Shown one piece after another: positions 60,036 through 64,000 of a DNA stretch of 64,000 bases. Source of the DNA: Vicinamibacterales bacterium. GTDB lineage: Bacteria > Acidobacteriota > Vicinamibacteria > Vicinamibacterales > JAMQPK01. Each line of letters starts with the position of its first letter. Within the stretch, counting starts at the first letter, position 1. The notes under the pieces were generated by a model. The model was not told the origin of the DNA. It saw nothing but the letters and a program-made list of their open reading frames with translations, and did not search any database. The DNA lies in assembly GCA_963744405.1 (NCBI GenBank), contig CAVUTO010000008.1, positions 25,163-89,162 on the forward strand, in the 5' to 3' direction. A program made the translations under genes and the position numbers.

Positions 60036-61146
60036 TTAAGACCCCGCTTTGGTAACCCGCTCGACCTGGACCTGCGTGCCGGGCCCAAGCGCGCTGGGCG
60101 GATCGACGACGACGACCTCGCCGGCCTTCAGGCCGCTGGTCACCTGAACGGCATCGGGCACTTCGACGCCGACGACAACATCGCGCCGGTCCACTTTGTT
60201 GTTCGCAACGACGTACGTCTGTGCCTTCGTGGGATCCGCGCCGTCGCGCAGAAGCGCCGCCGGCGGCACCGTGAGGCTGCCGGGAACGTCGCGCACTTTC
60301 ACCTGCGCGCGGGCGAACAGTCCAGAGACCAGTTCGCGCCTGCCGGGAACGCGAATGATGACCTCGAACGAGCGGCTTCGCGCATCGACCTGCGGCGCGA
60401 TGCGGTTCACCTGCCCTCAGTGACAAATCCCGGGCAGCGCGTCGACGGTGACGACGACGGGCTCGCCGACCTTTACCTTGCCGAAGTCGCCCGAGGCAAC
60501 CGACGAGCGGAATTCGAAAACCGAGTCGTCGACGATCGTGTAGAGCGGAGTCCCGGCCGCAACGATAGTGCCGGCCTCCGCTTGACGCTTCGCGATGCGG
60601 CCGCTGATCGGCGCGGCAATCCGCGACCGGCCCAGCTGCCGCTCGGTGATGGCCAGCTCGCTCGTCGCCTGCGCGTGCGACGCGTCGGCCACCTGCACCG
60701 CGACCTGCGCGGCAAGATGATCCTTGTCGGTGATGCCGCCGGTCTTCACCAGGCTGTCGGCCCGATCTTTCTCGGCGCGCGCATGCGCACGATTCGCCTC
60801 GGCCACGTCGAGGTAGGCCTTCGCGCGATCTCGCGCGAGCCTGAAATCGGCGTCGTCAAGGACGGCGATCAGCTCGCCGCGGGCTGACCCGATCGCCCTC
60901 CGTCTTGAGCACGCGCTCGAGGCGCGCGGTGATCTCCGGCACGACGGTCACCTCCGAGCGCGGATCGAGCGTGCCTGTCAGCGACAGCGTCTCTGCCAGA
61001 TCGCGCGTCTCCACGGTCGCCGTGCGCACCGGAACGCTGCGAACGGTCTCGACCGCCGACGGTGTGTCTGCCTCGGTTCCCGAGCACGCCATTGTTCCGG
61101 CGGCGCCGATTACCAGAATGAGTAGGAGGGTAATTGTCTGCATCAT
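60036..61146 (-). CDS. RND membrane fusion (periplasmic adaptor) protein, frameshifted
   Basis: Lipoprotein-like signal ...TMAC, LTGTLDPRSEVTV, IAAPISGRI, VPPAAL, SGLKAGEVVV. Confidence 0.85.
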
Positions 61147-61153
61147 CGTGGCT

Positions 61154-62526
61154 CTATACGTTCTGCGTGGCTCTATTCGTTTTTCGTTCTTCGTTTTTTC
61201 CGCTTCCTACTCGAGCGGATCCCTTCCCATCACAAACCGCAGGGACGCGCGAGCGTTCGCATGGGTGAAACAGGGACAGGTTGCGGATATTTTCAGCCTG
61301 CCGCAGCGACTGTTGCGCGTCGACCACTTCGAGCTGCGTTGCCGCGCCCAGCTTGTAGTTGGCCTCGGTCATCTCGCTCGCCCGGCGCGCCTGGGTCACG
61401 TTGAGCTCGGCCGCCTGAGTGGGTGCGATCTGGCCAGCGCGAGCGCATCGAACCGCCGATTGCACCTCGAGCCGAACTTGATTCTCGAGCGCAGCAATCC
61501 GCTGCGTCACGGTGTTGCGTTCCGCGCGCGCCTGGGCGACACGGCCGGCCGTTCGCTTTCCGTCGAAGAGCGGTACCTTCAGGTTGAATCCCGCGGTCCA
61601 CCGCGCGTAATTCAGGGTGAAGAGATTTTGTGGACGGCGCACAGCGAACCCGTACGACCCGTTGAACTCGACGCTCGGCTTCATGTCCCCCGCCGTGACA
61701 TCGACGAGCAATGTCTGCACGCGCTCCTGTGTACGCAGCAGCTGGAGTTCGGGCCGCGACGTCAGCGCTTCCTTTACCGCCTCGTCGAAATCGACCTGAA
61801 ACGGGACGACCGCAAGGGTGTCGGTGGGAACGACGGGAGCGGCCGTGGGGCGCACCATCACCGTGTTCAGCAGCGAGCGGGCGGCAGAGACTTCGTTTTC
61901 TGCGCGCAGGGTTTCGGCGCGCGCATTCTCGACATCGACTTCCGCGCGAAGCACCTCGAGCTCGGTGGCCACGCCGGCGGCGCGCCGGTTGCTGCGCGTA
62001 GTCGACGTGCGTCTGCTTCGACTGCAGGTTCGCGCGAATGACGCGCAGCTGCTCGATCGCAAACAGGAGCTGGTTGTACGCGCGAATCGCGTCGAGCGCC
62101 GTCACTTGCCGTGCCCGCTGCATCTCCTGTTCGCCCGCCACGCGCGCCACGCGTGCCGCTTCGAGCGCCTTTCCCAGCTTGAAGCTGAAGATCGTCTGCC
62201 GGATATCTGCCGCCGTCGTGAAGGCATTGCGCAGGAATCGGCGCCAGGGCCTTGCGAAACTCCGGCGGGAACGAGTCGAATCCCGGGCTGTTCAAGAGAG
62301 CCGGGTCGCGCGAGCGCCCGGCGAAGGTGTTCCACGTGATATCGGGAAGCGCGTCGGCTTTCGCTTCGACAATGCGGCCTTCGAGCAGAGCGACCTGTTC
62401 GAGGCTCAGCTTCACGGTGGGGTTTGCCGCCAGCGCCTGCGCAACCGCGTCTGCTCGCGAAAACGACTGCGCCGATGCGACGTTGTGAAACAAGATGCTT
62501 GCGAAAAACGCGAGTGCCGTTCTCAT
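61154..62526 (-). CDS. TolC family outer membrane efflux protein, frameshifted
   Basis: MRTALAFF...AVAQALAANP, GVATELEVLRAEV, ALTSRPEL, NYKLGAATQLEVVDAQ. Confidence 0.85.
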
Positions 62527-62537
62527 AGCGCTGCCAG

Positions 62538-63135
62538 TCATTGCCATCCGTTGAAAATCGTGTCGACTATTTCGTCTGCCAGTTCGGGGGTCAGCTCCGG
62601 CTTTCCCGCAATGACGAACCCCGTAGCGGCCTCGCTGATCGATCCCATCAGAATGAGCATTCGGGCCGCGGTTGGACCAGGCGCAGATTTCTCCGCGCGC
62701 AACCGCTTTCTCCGCCGCGGCTGCCAGCACACCAACCACGCCGTCATAGAACTGCGTGCAGCTCTCTGTCTGAGGTAGCGCCGTGCCTGGCGGCGCCCAG
62801 ATGACGCTGTGTATGAACCGCCAGAAGAGTGGCTTGGTGCTGGCGCTGTGGAAAACCGACCTCGCCAGCACCTTCACGCGATCCTTGAACAATCCCGGCG
62901 TGTCCATCGCAGCGTTCACCATCGCCCGGTACTGCTGGAATCCCGTTTGAACCAACGCCTGGAGCACGCCGTCTTTGCTGCCAAAGAAGTGATACAGCGT
63001 GGGCTTGGTGATGCCGGCCGATTCGCAGATCTCCCGGACCGAGGTCGCGTCGTACCCTTTGATTGCGAAGAGATCGAGGGCCGTGGTCAATATGCGTTCT
63101 GCCGACGTTGTCTGTATACCTACCGGTAAATACAC
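62538..63135 (-). CDS. TetR/AcrR family regulator, one frameshift
   Basis: ERILTTALDLFAIKGYDATSVREICESAGITKPTLYHFFGSKDG; C-terminus EIVDTIFNGWQ lies in another frame. Confidence 0.88.
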
Positions 63136-63363
63136 ACCAGCTTAGACGACGGGACCCCCGTTTCGGTTCCCGACCATATAAATCACTCTAACCTATTGTG
63201 TTTTTTGCGTTTGTGGCTCTGGGATGAGAGAGGAAATTCTAACGACCCTCCCGGTCTCGATGAGACCCACCCGGCCGCGGACGTCAGATGCGACGACAAG
63301 CTTGACGCTGTCCTGAAAACAGGATGCGAGTACGGGCGATGCTCCGGACGTCTACACGTATCG

Positions 63364-63380
63364 TTGGCACGTACTCTGCT
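63364..63380 (+). promoter_or_regulatory. Putative sigma54 -24/-12 promoter
   Basis: TTGGCACGTACTCTGCT (TGGCAC-N5-CTGCT); the -12 C is 15 nt from the ATG. Confidence 0.65.
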
Positions 63381-63393
63381 TTAGACAATCATC

Positions 63394-64000
63394 ATGCTTG
63401 AGCGACTTCATCGACATCCTTCAACGCGCGCGGCAGCGACAGTCGTCGCGCTTTTCACATCCGTCTCCCTCGTCTTCGGCCAAACCAAGGTCGTCGCTCC
63501 CGAAAATAAGTACAAAGTCGAGGACGACGTAAAGGCAGGACGCGAAGCGGCACGCGAAGTTTCCGAACAACTTCCGATGCTTCGTGACGACGGCGTGGAC
63601 GACTACGTCGAGCGCGTCGGTCAACGGCTCGTGCAGAACATCCCGGACGAATTTCGGCACCCGCAGTTCCGTTACACGTTCGATGTCGTCAACGTGAGCG
63701 ACCTCAATGCGTTCGCGCTGCCGGGCGGTCCGATGTATGTCAATCGCGGAATGCTCGAGGCGGCCAGGAACGAAGGCGAGGTCGCCGGCGTGCTCGCGCA
63801 CGAGATTAGCCACGTCGCGCTGCGCCACGGCACCGCGCAGGCAGGCAAGGCAATGCCCTATCAGGTCGGATCCATTCTTGGGCAGATTGCGGGGGCCATG
63901 CTTGGCGGCGTGGCCGGTCAGGCGATCTCCCTCGGCTCTCAGGTTGGCTTTGGAACTGCGTTCCTCCGATACGGCCGCGACTACGAGCGGCAAGCCGACT
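63394..64000 (+). CDS. M48 family metallopeptidase (partial, runs off the window; not in the ORF track)
   Basis: Hand translation: MLERL...FGQTKVVAPENKY...NAFALPGGPMYVNRGM...AGVLAHEISHVALRHG. Confidence 0.9.
   Translation, partial: MLERLHRHPSTRAAATVVALFTSVSLVFGQTKVVAPENKYKVEDDVKAGREAAREVSEQLPMLRDDGVDDYVERVGQRLVQNIPDEFRHPQFRYTFDVVNVSDLNAFALPGGPMYVNRGMLEAARNEGEVAGVLAHEISHVALRHGTAQAGKAMPYQVGSILGQIAGAMLGGVAGQAISLGSQVGFGTAFLRYGRDYERQAD

Noticed and set aside
63421-63993. Minus-strand 190-aa ORF
   Set aside because: Shadow of the plus-strand M48 peptidase, which carries the HEISH motif.

Overview
GC-rich bacterial window whose gene content and repeats look like Acidobacteria (Vicinamibacteria-like). 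That placement is an inference from four carboxypeptidase-regulatory-domain TonB-dependent receptors, an ADOP permease, a DUF1501/PSD1 pair, Ser/Thr kinases and GTAG-type REPs. I found no rRNA, tRNA, CRISPR array or transposase. Several blocks (about 1-3.7, 22.5-25.9, 50.7-54.6 and 58-62.7 kb) carry dense single-base frameshifts, probably long-read errors. Main candidates: (1) Two tandem paralogous three-gene modules at 14.4-26 kb, each with a histidine kinase carrying a periplasmic TPR-like sensor, an OmpR-type regulator and a secreted TPR+PD40 beta-propeller protein. The kinase sensor and the secreted protein share a similar TPR-like segment, and five promoters carry phased GTCA boxes at 11/22-bp spacing. 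(2) An ECF sigma / Ser-Thr kinase / secreted protein unit with an identical TTGTGCG-N15-GTGTTT motif upstream of both flanking genes. (3) REP palindromes repeatedly translated in frame inside proteins, including a repeat nested in a REP. (4) A probable sigma54-driven pair of small membrane proteins. (5) A regulator / SDR / QueA-paralogue unit with readable divergent promoters and twin operators. (6) A divergent UxaE-like epimerase.
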